DNA from: Pyrinomonadaceae bacterium
Lineage (GTDB): Bacteria; Acidobacteriota; Blastocatellia; Pyrinomonadales; Pyrinomonadaceae
NCBI GenBank assembly: GCA_035263325.1
Contig: DATFRK010000966.1
Location: forward strand, 1 to 39,089
Reading direction: 5' to 3'
DNA: 39,089 nucleotides
This document shows positions 9,154 through 16,404 of this stretch, in pieces. A program made the translations under genes and the position numbers. How positions within the stretch are numbered: position 1 is the stretch's first letter; each line of letters starts with the position of its first letter. Under the pieces are notes generated by a model. The model had not been told where the DNA came from. It did no database searches and saw only the letters and a list, made by a program, of their open reading frames with translations.

Positions 9154-10426
9154 GGTTTCGTCTAAAACTATGCGTCAAAGTACTTACTATAAAGCGATCA
9201 TTCTAATCGCCCTGATAGACATCAGCATTTTCATAACGAGTAACGCGCAGCAGCGAAACACACCCAAAGCAAAACGCGTCGTGATTGCCGCCAGTACCGT
9301 ACTGGATGGCAAAGGTAACGTGCTCCGAAACACCCGCATCGTGATTGAGGGAGCGAAGATCGTCGCCATTGATCCAAAGGCTGGGCCAGTGGACTACGAC
9401 CTGCGTGGTCTAACTGTCATGCCAGGGTGGATCGACGCTCACGCGCACATTACCTGGAGCTTTGGCAAAGATGGCAAGAATGCGGGCCCCGGAGAGACCA
9501 CCCAGGACGCAGCCTATAGCGCGGCGGCGAATGCCTGGGCCACGTTGTTGGCCGGCTTCACTACGATACAAAGCCCGGGTTCACCAACCGACATTCCCTT
9601 GCGCGAGTCAATCGCGAAGGGCCTGTTACCAGGCCCACGGATCTTGACCTCGGCGCAACCCCTGCAGGGACGGGGTGAGCAGACCGGTACGCCTGATGAG
9701 ATTCGTGCCTTTATCAGAAAGCAAAAGGAAGCAGGCGCGAATTTAATTAAGATCTTTGCCTCGCAAAGCATCCGGCAGGGTGGCGGCATGACTCTCTCGC
9801 AAGAACAATTGAATGCTGCCTGCGATGAGGCGAAAAAATTGCGACTGCGCACATTGGTACATGCTTACAAGAATGCGGTGCGTGCGGCGACCATTGCCGG
9901 CTGCACGCAGGTTGAGCATGGCACCCTCGCGACAGACGACGATTTGAAACTCATGGCCCAGAAGGGAACTTATCTCGATCCGCAGGCGGGGCTGGTTATC
10001 GAAAACTACCTGCTGAACAAGGACAAGTATCTCGGTACTCCTGGATACACGGAAGAAGGCTTCGCCGCGATGGAGAAAATCTTGCCGCTGAACCATGAAC
10101 TGGTGCAGCGGGCGTCAAAAATTCCCGGACTGAAAATCGTCTTTGGTACAGACGCAGTTGCAGGATCGCACGGTCGCAATGCAGAGGAGTTTATCGATCG
10201 CGTGAAAGACGGAGGCGTAGCTCCGCTGACGGCGATGATCTCCGCCAATTCGCTGGCGGCCGAGGCGATGGGCCTGTCGGATCAGATTGGCTCTATCGCT
10301 CGTGGTCTTCAGGCCGACATCATCGCCCTCGACGGTGATCCTTTGAAAGACATCACCGCCGTCCGTCGCGTCACCTTTGTGATGAAGGGTGGTGTGGTCT
10401 ACAAGGACGCCCGGCCCTCGCGCTAA
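9152..10426 (+). CDS. Secreted metal-dependent amidohydrolase family protein
   Basis: 424 aa with a hydrophobic N-terminus (YYKAIILIALIDISIFITSNAQQ). Contains the GWIDAHAH metal-binding HxH motif, later HAY...VEHG and FGTDA motifs, and the C-terminal ADIIALDGDPL pattern typical of the amidohydrolase fold. The start could instead be ATG 9170. Confidence 0.8.
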   Translation: MVSSKTMRQSTYYKAIILIALIDISIFITSNAQQRNTPKAKRVVIAASTVLDGKGNVLRNTRIVIEGAKIVAIDPKAGPVDYDLRGLTVMPGWIDAHAHITWSFGKDGKNAGPGETTQDAAYSAAANAWATLLAGFTTIQSPGSPTDIPLRESIAKGLLPGPRILTSAQPLQGRGEQTGTPDEIRAFIRKQKEAGANLIKIFASQSIRQGGGMTLSQEQLNAACDEAKKLRLRTLVHAYKNAVRAATIAGCTQVEHGTLATDDDLKLMAQKGTYLDPQAGLVIENYLLNKDKYLGTPGYTEEGFAAMEKILPLNHELVQRASKIPGLKIVFGTDAVAGSHGRNAEEFIDRVKDGGVAPLTAMISANSLAAEAMGLSDQIGSIARGLQADIIALDGDPLKDITAVRRVTFVMKGGVVYKDARPSR

Positions 10427-10456
10427 CCCAAGGGTAGAAAAACAAAGCCTTCAAAC

Positions 10457-10490
10457 AAAATACCCCCAACTGCCGTTGGGGGTATTTTTC
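10457..10490 (+). terminator. Rho-independent terminator
   Basis: Perfect 10-bp stem atacccccaa (10460..10469) / ttgggggtat (10476..10485) with a 6-nt loop, followed by tttt. It lies 31 nt after the amidohydrolase stop. Confidence 0.75.
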
Positions 10491-10551
10491 TTGACCCGCG
10501 GTCAATTATTGCGGTAAATTACTTGGCATCGCAAAGTACTAGACGCTAAAC

Positions 10552-11289
10552 ATGAATATCTTCAAGCATTTGTCTTCGGCCCCTCTTCCCTCTCTGGGTT
10601 TCATCTTACTAATCGGTCTGGCTGGTCTCGCCTGGTCGTACTTCTGCCTGCGTTTCGCCGGCTATCTCAGGTGCCACCGTAATCTTCGCAGCGGCTATAC
10701 CCGGAAGACGTTTCACCTCCTCATTTTCATTACCGTCGCAGTGCTGCAACTCCGCTGGGGTCTCTTTGCCGTTTGTGTGTTCGGCGCCATGACCACGTTT
10801 GTCATCGCTTACGCACTGCTACGCGGGGTGGGCCATCCGCTTTACGAAGCCATCGCCCGTGAATCCGATCGACCGCATCGCACCTATTACATAGTAATTC
10901 CTTATCTCGCGACCCTTATCGGCGGCATCGCCAGCAATCTTTTCTTCGGACCTTTAGCACTGGTTGGCTATTTAGTTGGTGGGATTGGCGACGCCGCGGG
11001 CGAGCCGGTGGGAACAAGATGGGGCAAGCATCAGTATAAGGTTTTATGGTTGGGACGAAAGGCGGGCACCAAGAGCCTCGAAGGCTCAGCCGCGATCCTG
11101 TTTGCTTCGTTGCTGGGGCTGCTTCTCGCCCTGGCAATTCATCGACAGTTGAACTGGCAATCACTCATTCCGATTGTTTTGATTGCCTGCATCTGTACGG
11201 TGATTGAGGCCGCGTCGCCGCGGGGCTGGGACAACACGCCGATGCAGTTTGTCCCTACGTTCCTGGCGTTCTTGTTACTGCCGCGTTGA
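10552..11289 (+). CDS. Integral membrane protein, cytidylyltransferase / polyprenol (dolichol, phytol) kinase-like superfamily
   Basis: 245 aa with multiple hydrophobic helices. The C-terminal region GGIGDAAGEPVGTRWGKH...GTKSLEGSAA resembles the conserved nucleotide-binding loop of the CdsA/dolichol kinase/phytol kinase superfamily. The exact activity cannot be assigned. Confidence 0.5.
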   Translation: MNIFKHLSSAPLPSLGFILLIGLAGLAWSYFCLRFAGYLRCHRNLRSGYTRKTFHLLIFITVAVLQLRWGLFAVCVFGAMTTFVIAYALLRGVGHPLYEAIARESDRPHRTYYIVIPYLATLIGGIASNLFFGPLALVGYLVGGIGDAAGEPVGTRWGKHQYKVLWLGRKAGTKSLEGSAAILFASLLGLLLALAIHRQLNWQSLIPIVLIACICTVIEAASPRGWDNTPMQFVPTFLAFLLLPR

Positions 11290-11317
11290 AGAACTTCAAG
11301 TTGAAGAGGTCACTGTG

Positions 11318-11992
11318 ATGCTCAGATCTTTGCTGCGATCGACGGACGTCAAGAGAGTCGTGATAATCAGCGCGCTTGTACTTTGGTGCTGCTGCATGAT
11401 CGCTGTCCGAGTTCATCGCTCTGGTTCAAGCTATTACCTGTTCCTGGTTTGGAACCTGTTTCTGGCGGGTATCCCCTTGGTCCTCAGCACGGTGTTACGC
11501 GCCCTGGTTCATCTGCGCGCACGCCTGGTCTGGCAGCTTAGTTGTCTTGTTTTGTGGCTGCTGTTTCTGCCAAATGCGCCTTACATTCTCACCGACCTGC
11601 AACATCTCAAGTATTCAACTACTACTGTGCCAGCCTGGTATGACGTAGCGCTGCTCATCTCCTGCGCCGGCACGGGTTTACTGTTGGGCTATTTGTCGTT
11701 AGTCGATGTGCAGGAACTTGTGGCCCGGAAGTTCGGTTCTGTATCCGGTTGGTTGTTTGCACTTACGTCGTTGGTGTTGGCTGGCTTTGCTCTCTACCTC
11801 GGACGCTTCCTTCGCTGGAACAGTTGGGATCTGCTCATCAGGCCGGGCAGGTTTCTTGATATAGGAGGCGCACTGTTGCACCCCTTTCACCTCACCCAGC
11901 CTTTATCCGTTACTTTCATCTTCGGCACCATCCTGGCACTTGGATATATCGCCATTCGTGTTTTGCTGGTGAAGCGAGTGGAGTCAACATAG
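11318..11992 (+). CDS. DUF1361-like integral membrane protein
   Basis: The ORF-track start 11204 overlaps the previous gene by 86 nt. ATG 11318 (MLRSLLRSTDVKRVVIISALVLW) is more plausible. Motifs WNLFLAGIP, LPNAPYILTDLQHL and RWNSWD match my recollection of DUF1361. Confidence 0.6.
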   Translation: MLRSLLRSTDVKRVVIISALVLWCCCMIAVRVHRSGSSYYLFLVWNLFLAGIPLVLSTVLRALVHLRARLVWQLSCLVLWLLFLPNAPYILTDLQHLKYSTTTVPAWYDVALLISCAGTGLLLGYLSLVDVQELVARKFGSVSGWLFALTSLVLAGFALYLGRFLRWNSWDLLIRPGRFLDIGGALLHPFHLTQPLSVTFIFGTILALGYIAIRVLLVKRVEST

Positions 11993-12097
11993 AGAGCCGC
12001 GAGTGGTAGCGAGCGGATGCTTCGGTCAACTTTAAAGAGCAGTGACTAGCTTCAAGTTGGCCGTGGCCGCCGGTCGCTACCCCTCACGGTTCTCTAT
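11989..12097. repeat. REP-like palindromic element, ATAGAGA...GGTAGCGA...GGATG family (copy 1)
   Basis: The arm 11992..12016 (gagagccgcgagtggtagcgagcgg) pairs with 12070..12094, whose reverse complement is gagaaccgtgaggggtagcgaccgg. The outer ends are atagaga/tctctat. The stop codon of the DUF1361 gene (11990..11992) lies inside the element end. Confidence 0.65.
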
Positions 12098-12112
12098 TGC
12101 TTATCCTAAGGC

Positions 12113-12574
12113 GTGGCTGAAACTCTGATCGGAATCATCTCTGACACGCATGGGCTGGTGCGGCCGGAAGCCATTGCTGCCCTCCAGGGTGTGGATCTGA
12201 TCCTGCACGCCGGTGACATTGGCAACCAGGACGTCCTCGATACTCTCCGGCAGATTGCCCCAGTCGTCGCCGTTCGCGGCAACAACGACAAAGGCGAATG
12301 GGCCAATGATCTGCCTGATTGGGAAGTTACGGAAGTTGGCCCAGTCTCCATTTACATGTTGCATAACCTGAATGAGATGGATGTTCGCCCCAGTGGCATT
12401 TTTCAGGTGGTGGTCAGCGGCCACTCTCATCAACCGTCAGTGGAAGAACGCAAAGGTGTTCTATACGTGAATCCCGGCAGCGCCGGCCCCAGAAGATTCA
12501 CCCTGCCGGTGACGGTCGCACATCTGAAGGTAGAAGGTGAAAATGTCGCCGCGCATCTAATCGAGCTTCTCTGA
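12113..12574 (+). CDS. YfcE/MJ0936-type metallophosphoesterase
   Basis: GTG start, 153 aa. Carries the canonical calcineurin-like motifs in order: GIISDTHG, HAGDIG, RGNND, SGHSHQP, NPGSAG. Confidence 0.8.
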   Translation: MAETLIGIISDTHGLVRPEAIAALQGVDLILHAGDIGNQDVLDTLRQIAPVVAVRGNNDKGEWANDLPDWEVTEVGPVSIYMLHNLNEMDVRPSGIFQVVVSGHSHQPSVEERKGVLYVNPGSAGPRRFTLPVTVAHLKVEGENVAAHLIELL

Positions 12575-12783
12575 ACGACGCAGGACAGCGAGCGGTAGCA
12601 ATCTGTTCCTCAGTCCCCAACTGGCAGGTAGCTTGCGACCGCTTCGCGGGCAGCAATTTGCTTCCTCAGGCAACACTGTTAGTCCACTCGTTTGTTACAC
12701 ATAAACCGAATCAAAAGGAAACTTGTCCTGCTCTGTTTTGTGTTAGATGGGTTTCTCGCTGCTCGGTTCGGAAATCCGCGTAA

Positions 12784-12801
12784 TCTGTGTAATCGGTGGA
12801 T
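12784..12801. repeat. Solo copy of the ATCCRCRGATTACGCAGA-family repeat (reverse orientation)
   Basis: tctgtgtaatcggtggat matches the consensus of the right arm at 9137..9153 (tctgYgtaatcYgYggat). It is preceded by a partial atccgcgtaatc and lies directly 3' of the BlaR1-like gene stop. Confidence 0.45.
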
Positions 12802-12804
12802 GGC

Positions 12805-14748
12805 TCACTGCATTCGCTCAATCGAGGTAATCTTCATTTGGCCGTTGCTCCTGGTGCCGTGGACTTTGTAATGGACCTCTGACTCGTGCTCGGAGCCGTC
12901 GATCAGCGCATGAATGGTTCCGGCAACACTGGCAATGAATCTGCCGTTGTCTTCTGAGACGTCAAACTCGTCAAACTCGACCTTTGTAATTTGCCGGTCC
13001 TTTCGCATCGCTTCCGCAATCTCCTCCGCCTTATTACGCATTGTTCCATCAGCCATCACGCCCTGGTAATCATCGTCCAGCACGCGCTCGAAGAATGATG
13101 CGTCGTGACGCATCGAGGCGTAAGCCAGCTCGCGCAACAAGGTAAACACCGATTCGCCGCCCTTGTGACTGGTGAGCGATTTATCCTCGACCGCCATATC
13201 CAGTGGCGATGGCGGGGGAGGTGGTGGCGGGGCTTCAGCAGTGACCTGACGAAGTTGCTCAGAAAGGGACGAGAGATCCCAGTTGGGATGCTCCGAACGG
13301 TAGATGTTATACCTGACTGCCCCCGCGAAGAGTTTCTTACCGTCAGTACCTTCACTTTCCTCAGTCGCCAGAGCCTTGATGCGCCGCAGCGCCCGCAGTC
13401 GATACTCCGCATTGGTGTCGGCTGAGGCAATCTGGATGAGCGGCTCCATCTCACTGTTACTGGCAAACTTGTCAATCAGCATTATCTTTACTTCAGGGTC
13501 GTTGGTTTGCTGGTAGAGCTCGACCATGGCGGGACTACTGCCGTCGCCTTCTAACTCAGTGAGTCGCACAGCCGCCAGCCGGCGCAACTCAGCGTCTGGA
13601 TTCTTCAAGGCCATGTCGATCAATTCGGCGAAGGCTTTGTTGTCACCCAATGCTCCTACCAGGCGTAGTTCCAGGCGTAGTTTGTCAGTGGGTCGATCAA
13701 TGAGTTGAGCCTGGCCGGACTTCAGGCCGCCGATGGGAATCAACAGCCAGGCGACCACGGCAATCAAGCCGGCAAACAGACTCACCATTTTCCAATGACG
13801 CGCACCAGCGCGGACGCGATCGAAATTCAGAATCATTTCAATTCTCCTTTCCAACGAGCGTTTGGAGGTAAAAAAGGCGAGCTGATGATCGGCTTGGAGC
13901 AGCAAACGCCGCTCAGCCACCTTTAGGAGACCATCAGCATAATTTTCCGGGAGCGCACCCCGCCCGACAACGCGTTCATCACACGCCAGTTCACGTTCAA
14001 GACTTAACTGGCGACAGGCATAGCGGACCAGGGGATGAAAAAAGAAGACGATTTGTAGCGCGGTTTGAAAGTAGTTGACGACCGTATCGAGTCGCTCGAG
14101 ATGAGCGAGCTCGTGCTGAATCATGGCCCTGCGTTCGTCGACGGTGGTCCATTCGGCAATGTCGTGCGGTAGCAGAATTACCGGACGAATGAGGCCGTGG
14201 AGCAAGGGACAATGGACTTGCTTTGTCAGTCGCAGATCAATCTGACAACTCTCTGCTTCGAGATTCAACTGAGCGAGTGTGACCCTTTGGGCGCGGCGCT
14301 TGATTCTTCCGAACCTGATTTGAATCATTGCTACTCGCAGCGACGCAAACGCGGCCCCTACCAACCAGACAACAAATAGGACTGGCAAGGCAACAGGAAG
14401 AACGCTTGCGGGCTCAGAAAGCCGGTTGTTTGCTGGTGTTTTCTGTTTGTTTTTAACTGGCGTGGTAACAGTGGGTGCTAGCTCGATCACCGCCCGGGGC
14501 GCTTCAATTACGTAGTTCAAGGTCCTATTCGTTGGGCGGGCAAGGGATAGGTTTTGTACCAGGGGAGTTAAGAGTGGGAGAAGAGCAATCGCAATAAGAC
14601 AGAACAGCCAGGTTTGGTGTCGCACTACCGGCGCCCATATCCTCACGATCCTGAGACTGCACCAGGCAATGATTACCAGCACCAGCGCCTGCCAACTCAA
14701 AACGAGTAGTTCGATAACAAACCGATCGGCGAATGCAATTGGATTCAT
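12805..14748 (-). CDS. BlaR1/MecR1-type M56 peptidase signal transducer with non-canonical C-terminal sensor region
   Basis: 647 aa. N-terminal TM helices are followed by the zinc-metalloprotease motif HELAHLERLD (HELAH at 14101..14115). A further TM segment is followed by a helical-repeat region, a PPPPPPPSP linker (about 13208..13234) and a ~120-aa C-terminal domain. The start overlaps the BlaI-like gene stop by 4 nt (ATGA). Confidence 0.8.
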   Translation of the reverse strand: MNPIAFADRFVIELLVLSWQALVLVIIAWCSLRIVRIWAPVVRHQTWLFCLIAIALLPLLTPLVQNLSLARPTNRTLNYVIEAPRAVIELAPTVTTPVKNKQKTPANNRLSEPASVLPVALPVLFVVWLVGAAFASLRVAMIQIRFGRIKRRAQRVTLAQLNLEAESCQIDLRLTKQVHCPLLHGLIRPVILLPHDIAEWTTVDERRAMIQHELAHLERLDTVVNYFQTALQIVFFFHPLVRYACRQLSLERELACDERVVGRGALPENYADGLLKVAERRLLLQADHQLAFFTSKRSLERRIEMILNFDRVRAGARHWKMVSLFAGLIAVVAWLLIPIGGLKSGQAQLIDRPTDKLRLELRLVGALGDNKAFAELIDMALKNPDAELRRLAAVRLTELEGDGSSPAMVELYQQTNDPEVKIMLIDKFASNSEMEPLIQIASADTNAEYRLRALRRIKALATEESEGTDGKKLFAGAVRYNIYRSEHPNWDLSSLSEQLRQVTAEAPPPPPPPSPLDMAVEDKSLTSHKGGESVFTLLRELAYASMRHDASFFERVLDDDYQGVMADGTMRNKAEEIAEAMRKDRQITKVEFDEFDVSEDNGRFIASVAGTIHALIDGSEHESEVHYKVHGTRSNGQMKITSIERMQ

Positions 14749-15143
14749 CTCTTTTCTCCGGCGCCGGATTTCGCTTTACGCTGAGCGAGTCTCTGCCTGA
14801 TCTCACGCAAATCGTCTTCGGTGAGGTCGCCTGTTTCGACGAGGTGCAGTACGAGTGAGGCTGCGGAGCCACCGAACACCTGTTTGATCACGTGGCCGAC
14901 GACGTGGCCGCGCGATTTTGCCGGCTGCTGGCGCGCGCGGTAGATGTACGACTTGCCCTCGCTGCGGTGTGTTAGATGGCCTTTTCTCTCGAGTACCCGG
15001 ATGATAGTTAGGACGCTGTTATAGTGTCGTTCACCTGGAAGTTTGGCCTGGATCTCGCGGGCTGAGGCTTCACCCAATTCCCAGACCACGCGCATGATTT
15101 CCAGTTCTTTGTCAGTAAAGGTTTTTGAGGGTTTTCGTGGCAT
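14745..15143 (-). CDS. BlaI/MecI/CopY family winged-helix transcriptional repressor
   Basis: 132 aa. LEIMRVVWELGEASAREIQAKL...YNSVLTIIRVLERKGHLTHRSEGKSYIYRA is the typical Penicillinase_R domain. It is translationally coupled to the downstream M56 gene. Confidence 0.85.
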   Translation of the reverse strand: MPRKPSKTFTDKELEIMRVVWELGEASAREIQAKLPGERHYNSVLTIIRVLERKGHLTHRSEGKSYIYRARQQPAKSRGHVVGHVIKQVFGGSAASLVLHLVETGDLTEDDLREIRQRLAQRKAKSGAGEKR

Positions 15144-15159
15144 TTGTTTCTTTCGGTAA

Positions 15160-15179
15160 TCAACGGATAAATACGTTGA
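15160..15179 (-). promoter_or_regulatory. Candidate BlaI-family operator, proximal (TCAACG-N8-CGTTGA)
   Basis: Perfect 6+6 palindrome tcaacg gataaata cgttga, 17 nt upstream of the repressor start codon (15143). Confidence 0.55.
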
Positions 15180-15210
15180 TGCGCAGGATAATGTGTTTCC
15201 AGCGGAGTTG

Positions 15211-15230
15211 TCAACGTATTTTTACGTTGA
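15211..15230 (-). promoter_or_regulatory. Candidate BlaI-family operator, distal (TCAACG-N8-CGTTGA), overlapping a TTGACA -35-like hexamer
   Basis: Perfect palindrome tcaacg tattttta cgttga. Its centre is 51 bp from the proximal site. On the minus strand it overlaps TTGACA (15214..15209), with a weak -10-like CATTAT at 15193..15188 (15-nt spacing, so the promoter call is weak). Confidence 0.5.
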
Positions 15231-15257
15231 CGAGGTTTTTCTCGGTGGAGAGTATCC

Positions 15258-16262
15258 TCAGCTTGACCTTAACTCGTTAGGCGTCTTGCCGGTCCAGCGT
15301 TTGAATGCTCGATGGAAGGAACTCGATTCAGAGAACCCCAGCAAATAAGCTACTTCGCAAATTGCCATTCCGGGTTCCTGCAAGTACCGCAAGGCGAGCT
15401 CGTGGCGCATCTGGTCCAGGAGATCATTATGCGAGGTGCCAAACTCATGCAGCTTTCTTTGCAGGGTTCGGGCACTCAAGCCCAACTGGATGGCGATGCG
15501 TTCAAGTGAGGGATCGCCGCCATTTAGTTCGCGACTGATTATGTGCCTTACTTGATCAAGCAACGAGTCACGCGGCGGGAACTTTGCCAAAAGTTCTTCG
15601 GCGTGCCGATCCAGGACGGCGAAAAGTCCGGGGTCTGCTTTGGCAATCGGCAAACTCAAACTGTTCGCGGCGAACGACAACTTGTTGGCCCGCTGGCTAA
15701 ACTCTACGGGACAACGAAACATCCGTAGGTGTTCTGCCGTGTCCTGTGGTCGTTCGTGCTGAAACTGAACTGTAATTGGAGTCCAATGCTGATCGACGAG
15801 GTTGCGGCAGAGCGTGGCGACTGTAGCAAACGTCATTTCACTGTCGTGCCGGTGAGTTTCGATCGCCTGATCTACGTACTTATAAGTTAGAGAAGCGACA
15901 GGTGCTGCGAAGTCAAAGGTAAAGGAGGCGCCGTCCGTCCAGATGGAATGATAACGGGCCACTCGAGAGAAGGCCTCTGCCAGGGTGGGGCTGTTGAGCG
16001 CAATATAGCCAACCAGATCGAAAGCTTTTGGATTTACCGTTTCGCCGAGATGAAGACCAAAGTAGCCATCGCGACTGAGTTGCGAAGCCTTTTCGTAAAG
16101 GTCGACGAGTTGAGAGAAGGGAATACGGCTATCAGGATCATGCAACAGCGACGGGTTCAGACCCACAGCCTGGTACAAACTGTCGGCGCTAACCCCATAA
16201 CCTTCCGCAAACTTGATTATCTTCTCAGCTGACCGGGCCTGGATGGTGAACGTGGCGCTCAT
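15258..16262 (-). CDS. AraC family transcriptional regulator with N-terminal AraC-type ligand-binding-like domain
   Basis: 334 aa. The C-terminal dual HTH has IAIQLGLSARTLQRKLHEFGTSHNDLLDQMRHELALRYL and EVAYLLGFSESSSFHRAFKRWTGKTPNELR. It is transcribed divergently from the CocE/NonD hydrolase gene. Confidence 0.8.
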   Translation of the reverse strand: MSATFTIQARSAEKIIKFAEGYGVSADSLYQAVGLNPSLLHDPDSRIPFSQLVDLYEKASQLSRDGYFGLHLGETVNPKAFDLVGYIALNSPTLAEAFSRVARYHSIWTDGASFTFDFAAPVASLTYKYVDQAIETHRHDSEMTFATVATLCRNLVDQHWTPITVQFQHERPQDTAEHLRMFRCPVEFSQRANKLSFAANSLSLPIAKADPGLFAVLDRHAEELLAKFPPRDSLLDQVRHIISRELNGGDPSLERIAIQLGLSARTLQRKLHEFGTSHNDLLDQMRHELALRYLQEPGMAICEVAYLLGFSESSSFHRAFKRWTGKTPNELRSS

Positions 16263-16404
16263 CGTTATCAGTTAACATCTGCATGGCATAAGCCGTCAAT
16301 TTCTTGTCGCCCACGGTCAACTCAAGACTGAATAGAATGGCGTACTCGCGGTGTCTAGCAATTGTCCAAGGGTTTTGAGCTTCTATTATTGAAGGAGTGA
16401 ACCC

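Noticed and set aside
10552-11992. Possible functional pairing of the cytidylyltransferase/polyprenol-kinase-like membrane protein with the DUF1361 membrane protein (28-nt gap, same strand)
   Set aside because: Adjacency alone is weak evidence and I cannot recall a conserved linkage. It would need a gene-neighbourhood survey before being called a system.
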